Source: a virus
IMG/VR virus record: IMGVR_UViG_3300044856_000216
Location: 64,001 to 128,000 of that record
DNA length: 64,000 nt
Direction: 5' to 3' (one strand)
Part shown: positions 46,546-55,080 of the stretch, in pieces
Layout of the letters: each line of letters starts with the position of its first letter
Position numbering within the stretch: position 1 is the stretch's first letter
Program-made: the position numbers and the translations under genes
Notes under the pieces: model-generated
Told to the model about the DNA's origin: nothing
The model's input: only the letters and a program-made list of their open reading frames with translations
Database searches by the model: none

Positions 46546-46900
46546 TACGGTGGTACTAAGACAGTTAAGTTCGCTGTCGTGGCTTTAGTCTATATAACCG
46601 TTTTGACATACGTTTTAAATACGTCTATTCCGTCATCTGCTGTGCGGTGCTTTGCTCGTGTGGTCTATGACCTTTTTATTATAGCTAAGCAAATAGCTAT
46701 CTTGCTATCATGTAGCAAGTGGTACTTTATTAACTTGTCAATCACTACTGAATGAAGTAGTAATTAGGTTTCCGACACCCTTAACGTATGGACTTATAAA
46801 AGGGGTTTTGCCCCTTGCCCTTTCGGACAAGTCAATAATAATACAAATTTTGGGATTTTGCAATACATTTTTTAGGATTTTTATTATTTTGTTAAAATTG

Positions 46901-46922
46901 TATAGTTTTGGTATAGTTTTGG
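46901..46922. repeat. tandem 11-mer TATAGTTTTGG x2
   Basis: Read directly; flanks the DnaA-box cluster. Confidence 0.85.
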
Positions 46923-46930
46923 TGTGTGTT

Positions 46931-46949
46931 ATTGTGAATTATTCACAAT
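46931..46949. promoter_or_regulatory. 19-bp palindrome ATTGTGAAT-T-ATTCACAAT (operator-like)
   Basis: Read directly. Confidence 0.7.
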
Positions 46950-46950
46950 T

Positions 46951-47011
46951 TGTTGATAACTATGTGGATAAGTTTTAGTTGATTGTTGATAACTTATAAA
47001 AATGTGGATAA
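46951..47011 (+). promoter_or_regulatory. cluster of four co-oriented DnaA-box-like 9-mers (candidate replication origin)
   Basis: TGTGGATAA at 46963-46971 and 47003-47011 (perfect). TGTTGATAA at 46951-46959 and 46984-46992 (1 mismatch). Located at the divergent strand switch. Confidence 0.6.
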
Positions 47012-47200
47012 CTAACGATAACGAAACTATACCAGATAATAATATCAATATTATCTAACATAGTTTTTAAAACTATATATAATGGTTTTATAGTTCTAAA
47101 AAAATGACTAATATATATCTATTAACCATTCTTTTTTGCCTAACCGGGGGTAGTTAAAACTAACTAATAAGGTTGGAAATGCAGCAAGCCCTATAGCTGA

Positions 47201-47520
47201 TTCATCTACACACCAACTCAAAAATCCATCCTTTCCAATCCTCAAAATCCCCAACAAAATCAAGCAAAATCCCAATCCCCCTCCCTCAAACCACTTATCG
47301 CACCTCATATCGTCAAATCCCACTAAAATCAAGCATTTTCCCAGCTTCACAACTCAAAAATCAAACCCTCATCCCACCAAAAATCCACCCACAATTCCAA
47401 AATCTTCCTTATTTATAGGCACTTTTACCGATAACGTTTTTTCACCTCAAAATCGCCCAAATCATCTCTCACCACACTCCCTATACAGGGGGTACTCAAA
47501 AACTACACACAAAATCACTC
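47201..47520 (+). repeat. G-depleted tract with about 12 degenerate CAAAATC repeats
   Basis: I count 5 G in 47201-47400; the motif recurs every 10-40 nt. Confidence 0.75.
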
Positions 47521-47581
47521 CAATAAGAGAATAACTATATAACCAATACAAAAAATAATTATTCAACTTAAAGGAGAAAAC

Positions 47582-48565
47582 ATGAATACATATTTAATAC
47601 CAACAACAGCAGCTTATTGCTATGAACCTTATGATCATATCTATCTTGTATATGCCAACACCTCACTAGAAGCATATAGAAAAGCACAAACAGAATTACA
47701 AGGTAAATACATACCACTAAAATTGCCATTTTATATTTATGAATCATACCCATTTGAATTATATAAACCAGATGACACTGCTACTTTCCCATTTCCAGAA
47801 TCTCAAAAATATGATATACTTACAGAGGCGTTTAAAAATACAAAAGGAGCTGAGCATATGGGACATTTTAATGTAAACTGGAATGAATATACTGAACTTT
47901 TATCTAAAAAAGCAGATAAAGAAATTTGGTCAAATCCGACTTATCCTAATAATGGTATATTAACTAATTATCTAGTTCATACCTATAAACGTCTTAGAAC
48001 AGAAAGACAAATTATAAGAAAAGATAATTATGCTTTATTTAATACAGGACTCTTTACCAAATATTATGAATCAATATATGCATATTCTGACCAGGAGTAT
48101 AATGTATCATTTCTTACTGGACATGAATTAAATCAACATGGAATATCTGAACGTCCACAAAAAGCCAATTATTTTGAAGATCCTTCTCTTCTATTGTTTG
48201 ATTGGCATTACCCAATAGATATACATTTCAAGCATATTTTGGAAGATGAAAAGAATAAAGAAAGATTACCAAAAGGATTTTTAGAAAAAGAAAATAAAAT
48301 GTGTATCTTAACAGGCGCAGTTGAATTAATGAAACGTAGAGTCTCAGCAAATTATAAATTAGCAATTCCACAATGTTACGAAGATAAAATCCAATTATTA
48401 CTTCCATTATGTTTAGATACAGATGAAGGTAAACCAGATCTTGCATTGGCGGTTACAAAATTAGATAATTGTTATCAAGGATATACTTGTTTAACGCTTG
48501 ATATGGCATATAACAATGCTCGTCTCATAGCTAAACCAGAATCAAGTTGGCTATATTCTAAATAA
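47582..48565 (+). CDS. hypothetical protein (C-terminal half possibly DUF3825-like, from memory)
   Basis: 327 aa; AAAGGAG before the ATG; ...YALFNTGLFTKYYESIYAY...TCLTLDMAYNNARLIAKPE. Confidence 0.65.
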   Translation: MNTYLIPTTAAYCYEPYDHIYLVYANTSLEAYRKAQTELQGKYIPLKLPFYIYESYPFELYKPDDTATFPFPESQKYDILTEAFKNTKGAEHMGHFNVNWNEYTELLSKKADKEIWSNPTYPNNGILTNYLVHTYKRLRTERQIIRKDNYALFNTGLFTKYYESIYAYSDQEYNVSFLTGHELNQHGISERPQKANYFEDPSLLLFDWHYPIDIHFKHILEDEKNKERLPKGFLEKENKMCILTGAVELMKRRVSANYKLAIPQCYEDKIQLLLPLCLDTDEGKPDLALAVTKLDNCYQGYTCLTLDMAYNNARLIAKPESSWLYSK

Positions 48566-48577
48566 AAATTAACATTT

Positions 48578-48612
48578 AAGACAGATTAATTACTTAGTCT
48601 GTCTTATTTTTA
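48578..48612 (+). terminator. rho-independent terminator
   Basis: AAGACAGA-N12-TCTGTCTT followed by ATTTTTAT. Confidence 0.7.
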
Positions 48613-48852
48613 TGCCCAAAATACACCAACACTCTCTAACGTTCGTATTGCCTCAAATAAGCCATTTTAATTTTTAGTCAACAATCTCTCCACACACTTT
48701 CTTTTACATACCTTAAAAGCCAAAATACAAGATTATATTTTTTAACTTCAAATCCCAAACCATACAATATAGCCAAATATATCATCAATAATGCAACGTA
48801 TTTTATACAAAATGTATAACATTCATTCTCATAATACCCTCTACAAGCTGAA

Positions 48853-48934
48853 AATCTACTGTCCTGACAGTGTGTAGAAAATTCTAACCTACTACCCTTA
48901 CACTTTATTGGCTAAACAATATATTTTTCAAATC
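48853..48934 (+). promoter_or_regulatory. conserved intergenic element, copy A
   Basis: ACTGTCCTGACAGT - N4 - AGAAAATTCTA - N36 - ATTTTTCAAAT, with the same internal spacing as copy B. Confidence 0.6.
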
Positions 48935-49123
48935 TACTATTCCAATAAGAAAAAATAACAATATATGTAATATGTGCGTATATGCGTATATGCGCCAGCA
49001 TAGATATAGTCCCTTGATAGGGACGGTCTTTTCGCAGCGTTAGCAAGAAAAGAATATCTTTAGGGTAGACAACTGATAACAAGCCAATATCAAAATAGAG
49101 AATAATATGTCAAGGAGGCAAAC

Positions 49124-49558
49124 ATGATCAAATTACAAAAATATTCATATCTTTCTCATAAATATTTAATATTAGATACAATTGAAGATTGCTTTTCTAA
49201 AAAAGATCTTAATTTTATGCATATACCACGAGAAGAAATAGGATATATAGAATTTATTCGCAAGGATAAAATCATAATCATTTCATATCTACACATTTAC
49301 ACTTCATATAGACATAAACATTATGGTTATCAGGTAATAGATTATTTATTTTCTCATTATAAGTTCAAATGTATCGTAGGTGAAACTTTAAAAGAATCAA
49401 GAGGATTTTGGAACAAGTGCATACGTAAATATAATGGCATGAGAAGAAATATCTATTACAGTGACAATTGCACTTCATTATTTGTTATTCCAAGACAAAA
49501 AATAAGCTATAAGCAGATATGGGATCTATTGGATTACTCATATAACATAATTTATTAA
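49124..49558 (+). CDS. hypothetical protein (weak GNAT-like motif)
   Basis: 144 aa; AAGGAGG upstream; YRHKHYGYQVIDYL is loosely like GNAT motif A. Confidence 0.55.
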   Translation: MIKLQKYSYLSHKYLILDTIEDCFSKKDLNFMHIPREEIGYIEFIRKDKIIIISYLHIYTSYRHKHYGYQVIDYLFSHYKFKCIVGETLKESRGFWNKCIRKYNGMRRNIYYSDNCTSLFVIPRQKISYKQIWDLLDYSYNIIY

Positions 49559-49621
49559 GAAATATATTGGAATGAATTATGATCAAAAGAGAAAATAATG
49601 TATTAAAAAAGGAGGAATTGT

Positions 49622-49999
49622 ATGATTACAGAAAACGAAATACCAAAATATCTCAAGCAGAAAGAAAGTAATATCTCAAAGAGTAATCGTAAATCAAAGC
49701 ACAAACATCATTATGAAGAATGTCTGATTCAATACAGAACCACATTTATAGGAAAAACTTGTCTTAATACAGGTTTATATACCTACTGTACTATTTGTGG
49801 AAAAATAAATGAGCGATTCAAGGAAAATAAATCTATTGTAAAAGATTATATCAGAACAGTAGATACTCCAATAGGTAAATGTTACTCTCATATTCCTGGC
49901 GAGGAATTATATGAAAAATATCATGACAAATTACCAGTATTCTTTGTAGAGGATATTTTTAAAGAGAAGTATGTTGATTTGGAGCAAAATAATAATTAA
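49622..49999 (+). CDS. hypothetical protein
   Basis: 125 aa; AAGGAGG upstream. Confidence 0.6.
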   Translation: MITENEIPKYLKQKESNISKSNRKSKHKHHYEECLIQYRTTFIGKTCLNTGLYTYCTICGKINERFKENKSIVKDYIRTVDTPIGKCYSHIPGEELYEKYHDKLPVFFVEDIFKEKYVDLEQNNN

Positions 50000-50114
50000 A
50001 AAGAGAATAGAATTATAGGTACGTCATATATGTACCCAAATGAAACCATCAATCCAAAACACCATGTACCTAAATCAATCAATAACAATCAAATAAAAGA
50101 AAGAAGGAATTATT

Positions 50115-51119
50115 ATAATTGGGGTATATTCTATAACAAATTTGAAAACTAAAAAATTATATATTGGAGAAAGTCTTGATATTGATAAAAGATGGATTAA
50201 TCATAAAAATGATCTTTTAAATAACCAACACGCTAATTATTATCTTCAACAAGATTTTAATAAGTTTGGGAAGGCATTTTTTAAATTTGAAGTTCTGCAA
50301 GAAGTTGAAAGAGATAGTATCACTATTACTCAATCCAAATTATTGATGTTAGAAAATGCTTATATAGAAAAATATAAAAATGAAGATTATGAATTATATA
50401 ACATAGAAAATACACTAGAAGATGTTCTTTCAAATAAAAGGAAATTATTGGTTTGCGAAGAAATTGCAAATTATGTTGTAGTGTCTCAATTTTTAAAAAA
50501 TAAATATGTATATGATTATACAAATAAAAGATTTAATTATTGTCAAAGAGATACAATTGAAAATTTAATATTATCTAATTCTTCCATCAAAGGGAAAGAA
50601 AAAGCAAAGCAAGTTGCAAACATAATATTAAAAGAGTTAATTGATCAGAATCTATATGAAAACTTTATAATAGAAAACACTTACTCTATTTATCTATATC
50701 ATAAAATTCAAGAACGTAAAATTATAGAAATTAATTCTAAAGGTCGAGAATATATATTAAGTCATTATGACTTTAATTCGTTTTTATTAAGAAAAAGAAC
50801 TTCTGAAGCCAAATTTTATATACAACAATATCCCTCTGAAAAGAAAATTAAACCAGAAGATCAAAATAGAATACAAGATGTTTGGCATAAACTTAAAGAT
50901 AAATGCATTCTACCACCAGAAAATAAATACAATGATTTTCGAGATATGCTTATAAAATTAAATTTAATTATTATTGATAATAATAAGAGAACACGAGCAA
51001 CTGAATTTGCAATGAAAAATAAATATTTTTTAGTTGTTAAATATAATAAAGCTAAAGATATTTATCAATATGTTATATCTCAAGATGGTTTAAGGTATAT
51101 TTTAGCAAATATAAAATAA
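50115..51119 (+). CDS. GIY-YIG homing-endonuclease-like protein
   Basis: GVYSITNLKTKKLYIGESLDIDKRWINHKNDL...NKFG closely parallels I-TevI-type N-termini. The GIY motif lies upstream of the first canonical start (TTG 50142), so the start is placed at ATA/ATT 50112-50118. Confidence 0.8.
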   Translation: MIGVYSITNLKTKKLYIGESLDIDKRWINHKNDLLNNQHANYYLQQDFNKFGKAFFKFEVLQEVERDSITITQSKLLMLENAYIEKYKNEDYELYNIENTLEDVLSNKRKLLVCEEIANYVVVSQFLKNKYVYDYTNKRFNYCQRDTIENLILSNSSIKGKEKAKQVANIILKELIDQNLYENFIIENTYSIYLYHKIQERKIIEINSKGREYILSHYDFNSFLLRKRTSEAKFYIQQYPSEKKIKPEDQNRIQDVWHKLKDKCILPPENKYNDFRDMLIKLNLIIIDNNKRTRATEFAMKNKYFLVVKYNKAKDIYQYVISQDGLRYILANIK

Positions 51120-51215
51120 AATTTTTAAATTTACAGAGTAATTTGTGAAACAAATTGCGCTGTAAATAGTCTGTCTTATTAAATAAGTTATATATCTTCT
51201 TTCAGTTCAGTTGAC

Positions 51216-51275
51216 CTACACAAAAGTGTAGTCAAAATTCTCATATTTTAAAATTGGACGTACACAAAAGTGTAG
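51216..51275 (+). promoter_or_regulatory. two copies of the palindromic 15-mer TACACAAAAGTGTAG (operator-like)
   Basis: Copies at 51217-51231 and 51261-51275, 44 bp apart, upstream of 51358. Confidence 0.65.
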
Positions 51276-51357
51276 TTTACTGAACGCTCGTAAAGGCGTT
51301 TCTCTTTAAATAGAAACAGAGAATAAATAAATATCACATATAAAGGAGTATTTTTAA

Positions 51358-52164
51358 TTGCAACAAAAAATAGAATATTTTACACGTTTCCCTAATGGCT
51401 ATATCCAAGGGAATATCAAAACAAAATATGGAGTTAGTAGGAAATTTTATATCACATACATACTTATAGATAAATACAGATCGTATGAAGACTATAGTTG
51501 GATTACTATTCGTAAAGTAATGGAATTCTATGGCTATAAAACAACCAAACATAAACCAAAAGCATTTCACGAAATTCTCGATGTATTAGAATATATGGTT
51601 AATAATAAAATGATTGAAGTAAAACAAGACCTTGATTCTATAGGATATGATACTGGAATTGAGATTAAGATAATTCCTGAAAATTTTGATCCGTGTAAAG
51701 ATTTTTCAAAACTCACATCATCTCAATATGATTTTATAATGATGAATGAATCTTCTATAAATAGAGAGAATATATTAGTAGCCTTTCTATATATTAATTC
51801 TTATATTTATCTACGACAAAGAGATAAAAATGGCAATGAGCTATCATCAAAACCACAAGACAAGCCAGAAGCCTTTTGGCGAAGTATAGATTCTATGTCG
51901 AAAGAACTTTCTATGTCAAAAGACACAATTAATCAATGTATTCAATATCTCACATCTTCTATTGGCGACAAAGAACCACTTCTAATCAAAAAAGAAGTCG
52001 GTAGTGTTCAGCCTGATCCCAAAAAACCACCACAAAATGTACCAAATATATATGTACTTAATAAAGAAGGATATGAGCAAGAAATTGAATGGGCTATTGC
52101 TAAGATGTTAGAAATCTATAATGTAGACTCATTTGGAGAAATCAAAAACGGCAATAAGTCGTAA
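51358..52164 (+). CDS. hypothetical protein
   Basis: 268 aa; TTG start after AAAGGAG. Confidence 0.6.
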   Translation: MQQKIEYFTRFPNGYIQGNIKTKYGVSRKFYITYILIDKYRSYEDYSWITIRKVMEFYGYKTTKHKPKAFHEILDVLEYMVNNKMIEVKQDLDSIGYDTGIEIKIIPENFDPCKDFSKLTSSQYDFIMMNESSINRENILVAFLYINSYIYLRQRDKNGNELSSKPQDKPEAFWRSIDSMSKELSMSKDTINQCIQYLTSSIGDKEPLLIKKEVGSVQPDPKKPPQNVPNIYVLNKEGYEQEIEWAIAKMLEIYNVDSFGEIKNGNKS

Positions 52165-52261
52165 CTAAAACAGAGAATAAACATATGTAACAAATTAACG
52201 CAGCACTCAAAGGAGCTGATCGCAATGAATAATAATTTTAAAACAAAAGGAGAACTAATTA

Positions 52262-52462
52262 ATGAACAGAACTGTAACTATCGAGTCAAAGAACCATAAA
52301 TATGCAAATACATATGGGGGAAATATTTGTATATCAGATTTTTGCACTAATTATGAAGGCAGTCGAAATATTGCAGAACGTATTGAATCTAATTGGCGAT
52401 TTGATAAGGAACATGCAAGAAACAGAGCTATATTAGATGATTATAAGGAGAGACAAAAATAA
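52262..52462 (+). CDS. hypothetical protein
   Basis: 66 aa. Confidence 0.5.
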   Translation: MNRTVTIESKNHKYANTYGGNICISDFCTNYEGSRNIAERIESNWRFDKEHARNRAILDDYKERQK

Positions 52463-52770
52463 TGGCAGATATAAATATGAGTGTATCAATTGAGGAGCAG
52501 GAAATTTGTATTAATGCAATGCGTGATGAAAAGTTTGCAACAATATATGCTTCCGATTCTACATATATTACGAAATTGGACAAGTTATGTAAGGAAAGCC
52601 CTGATATGTACTCTCTTATCGAAGATACAGGTAGAGGTAAAAAATATTTATTAAAGGATAAAACGCTTATCAGCTTTAGGGCAAAGAAAACAACAAGAGT
52701 TATGACAGATGAACAAAAGAAAGCTTCTGCTGAAAGACTCCGCAAGGCTCGTGAGAATAAAAGTGTCTGA
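52462..52770 (+). CDS. hypothetical protein
   Basis: 102 aa; start shares nt 52462 with the upstream stop. Confidence 0.55.
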   Translation: MADINMSVSIEEQEICINAMRDEKFATIYASDSTYITKLDKLCKESPDMYSLIEDTGRGKKYLLKDKTLISFRAKKTTRVMTDEQKKASAERLRKARENKSV

Positions 52771-52789
52771 GATACCCTTTCTAGCCAGA

Positions 52790-52870
52790 AATTTACTGTT
52801 CTGACAGTACACAGAAAATTCTACCATTACTCTTGAAGAAATACTCGTCTAAGAATTACATTTTTCAAAT
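52790..52870 (+). promoter_or_regulatory. conserved intergenic element, copy B
   Basis: ACTGTTCTGACAGT - N4 - AGAAAATTCTA - N36 - ATTTTTCAAAT. Confidence 0.6.
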
Positions 52871-52908
52871 TACAATAAACAACAATAAATAGAAAGAAGG
52901 ATTACATT

Positions 52909-53262
52909 ATGCTGAGAAATTATTATCAAGGAACAATGATTACAGTTGAGTTACCAAAGAATCAATATAAAGGTTATGTGGTTGATTGCGTATACAGATA
53001 TGTCAAGGATATGAATAAGTACGCATTGAGCATGTGGCTTCGTAATACTGAAGTTGACGACAGAATGCAGATTTGCTCACAGGAAATTAATACTCAATAC
53101 ATTACAAGCACAAGAGAGAATATAAAGAAAGATGTGTGTGCAATCGTTGAGCAAGCTGCCAATAGTTCATATTTTGACAAGTCGATTGAGACTTATGAGT
53201 ATACACAGAAATGTTTTGAGCGTGGCAATGCTGAATTTGAGAATGAGGAGAACAGACCATGA
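52909..53262 (+). CDS. hypothetical protein
   Basis: 117 aa. Confidence 0.55.
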   Translation: MLRNYYQGTMITVELPKNQYKGYVVDCVYRYVKDMNKYALSMWLRNTEVDDRMQICSQEINTQYITSTRENIKKDVCAIVEQAANSSYFDKSIETYEYTQKCFERGNAEFENEENRP

Positions 53263-53489
53263 GCTGTCCATATTGTAGAGGAATAGGTGAACATGATTAC
53301 AGATGTCCTCTTTGGCAGCCAAGTAAAAAGGCAAAAGTTAAATGTGGTTATTGTGATGAGTATATTCTTGAAGGTGACGATTACGTTGAGATTAATGGAT
53401 GGGCTTATCACAAAGACTGCTTAACTGTTAATAGGTTGCTTGATTTAATGGGAGTTATTACAAAGGAGATGTCGTATGAGTTGGATTAA
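53259..53489 (+). CDS. hypothetical zinc-finger protein
   Basis: 76 aa, CPYC...CPLW...CGYC. Confidence 0.55.
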   Translation: MSCPYCRGIGEHDYRCPLWQPSKKAKVKCGYCDEYILEGDDYVEINGWAYHKDCLTVNRLLDLMGVITKEMSYELD

Positions 53490-53607
53490 GAAAAAGATAA
53501 AATGGATTATTTATAAGCTTGATAGATTTGTACCTAAGATACATGACTTGCCTGACGTTGTGTATATTAAGTGGATGGGCGAAGAGTTCATTATTAAGAA
53601 GTATTAA
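53476..53607 (+). CDS. small protein (43 aa)
   Basis: Own translation MSWIKKKIKWIIYKLDRFVPKIHDLPDVVYIKWMGEEFIIKKY; AAAGGAG upstream. Confidence 0.35.
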   Translation: MSWIKKKIKWIIYKLDRFVPKIHDLPDVVYIKWMGEEFIIKKY

Positions 53608-53651
53608 ACGGAGAATATATAAATGTAAAGAAATTTAAAAGGAGGAATCAT

Positions 53652-55079
53652 ATGGTCAATTATGAACCAGAGTTAATGTACGCATTGGATTCTAAAGGTG
53701 AATATGCTGATTGGAAGAATGTTTACAATGTAAGTGGCAGTGACGTACTTTATTGTCCTATTTGTTTAGGAAGAGTCAAACTTTGGAATGGACAAGATCC
53801 AAATAAGACCTATCAAAAACAAAGATGTTTTCATCATATTGATGGAATGTGTTCACAAGAAAGTAGAATCCATTTTGCTTATAAAACATGGTTACTTAAG
53901 CAAGGAAGCAAATTTAAAGTAGGTGAAACTATATATGAAGTTACTAATTCAGAAATCGAAAAAACGTTTCATACTAAATTTGGTGGCTATCGCCCTGATA
54001 TTACTGTAGAAACTACAGAAGGAAAAAGCTTTTATATTGAAATAGCAGATACAAATAAGAAAACCAATGATTATATCGAAAAATGGGATGAGCTTGGATG
54101 TGATGTTTTGGAATTAGATGTAAATGAACAGCTAATAAAAGCTACAATCGCAGGAATTCCAGAATTTAACATCATCTACTCTTCTTCTACTGGCGAATGT
54201 TATATTAAACATTATACGAGACAAGATTATGATGATTTAATCACAGAAAGAAAAATTTATTGGAAACGAAAGGGTCTTATCAAATATAAAATCCAATGGG
54301 AACGATTAGATTGGTTTTGGAAAAAACTCCAAGATTTTTATTCTGGAAATTCTAAAATTAATGTTTTAATTGATGCATTTAGGCAAATGGATTCTGAAGA
54401 CCAACGTTTTATATGTAAAAGGATGCGAGGAAAACACTCATCATTAAAATATGAATTAGAGAATAATTATACTGATAAAAAAGATATTGAAAAAGCTCAT
54501 TTACAACATATTAGTACCACTATTAAAAAGCTTAACCAGGAATTTGGCTATAGTAGTTCTAATCCTTTAGATAGTACATATTTATTTAGAAAAGATAAAC
54601 ATGTTATTTTTAAAGACAGTCCAATATGGGAAAACCGTTCTTATTTATATATTTATAATTATATTACTGAAGAAGATGTTTATAACTATTTTCATCCAAT
54701 TATGGAAGAATATTACAAGGAGCACACAATTCCATTATTAGAGAGTATCCAAAAAAAGAAAATATGCTTTGAAGAAAATGAAAACTATATAAATAACTAT
54801 TTTATTCCTAAATTCAAAAAAATACAAAAACAAATTAATAGATGTTCTAACACTTGTTGGTATGTTAAAAGTTCTGTTACTGTTTATGGATATACTCATG
54901 AATTTAAAATAATTATTAAATTTTTAAATTGTTTTGAGGAACATATATATTTGAATTTTAATGAAAAATCTCAGAATAATATTGATATTAAAAATCTTAT
55001 ATCTTCTAAAATGAATAATATGATTGCTAAAGCAAAAGAAGGATTAAATAGTAATATTAGAATTATGGAGGAACGTTAG
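53652..55079 (+). CDS. hypothetical protein with CoiA-like N-terminal nuclease-type region (tentative)
   Basis: 475 aa; CPICLGRV...CFHHIDGMCSQESRIHFAYKTW and GYRPDITVET...FYIEIADT resemble CoiA-family layout. Confidence 0.6.
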   Translation: MVNYEPELMYALDSKGEYADWKNVYNVSGSDVLYCPICLGRVKLWNGQDPNKTYQKQRCFHHIDGMCSQESRIHFAYKTWLLKQGSKFKVGETIYEVTNSEIEKTFHTKFGGYRPDITVETTEGKSFYIEIADTNKKTNDYIEKWDELGCDVLELDVNEQLIKATIAGIPEFNIIYSSSTGECYIKHYTRQDYDDLITERKIYWKRKGLIKYKIQWERLDWFWKKLQDFYSGNSKINVLIDAFRQMDSEDQRFICKRMRGKHSSLKYELENNYTDKKDIEKAHLQHISTTIKKLNQEFGYSSSNPLDSTYLFRKDKHVIFKDSPIWENRSYLYIYNYITEEDVYNYFHPIMEEYYKEHTIPLLESIQKKKICFEENENYINNYFIPKFKKIQKQINRCSNTCWYVKSSVTVYGYTHEFKIIIKFLNCFEEHIYLNFNEKSQNNIDIKNLISSKMNNMIAKAKEGLNSNIRIMEER

Positions 55080-55080
55080 T

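Noticed and set aside
46483-46755. 90-aa rightward ORF in the non-coding region
   Set aside because: There is no SD, and it lies in the repeat/iteron-like region next to the DnaA boxes. It is isolated from any operon.
47108-47753. Leftward ORFs 47108..47350 and 47568..47753
   Set aside because: The first is an artefact-like reading of the C-rich/G-poor tract (a G/L/W-rich product, a poorly spaced SD). The second is antisense to the start of 47582..48565.
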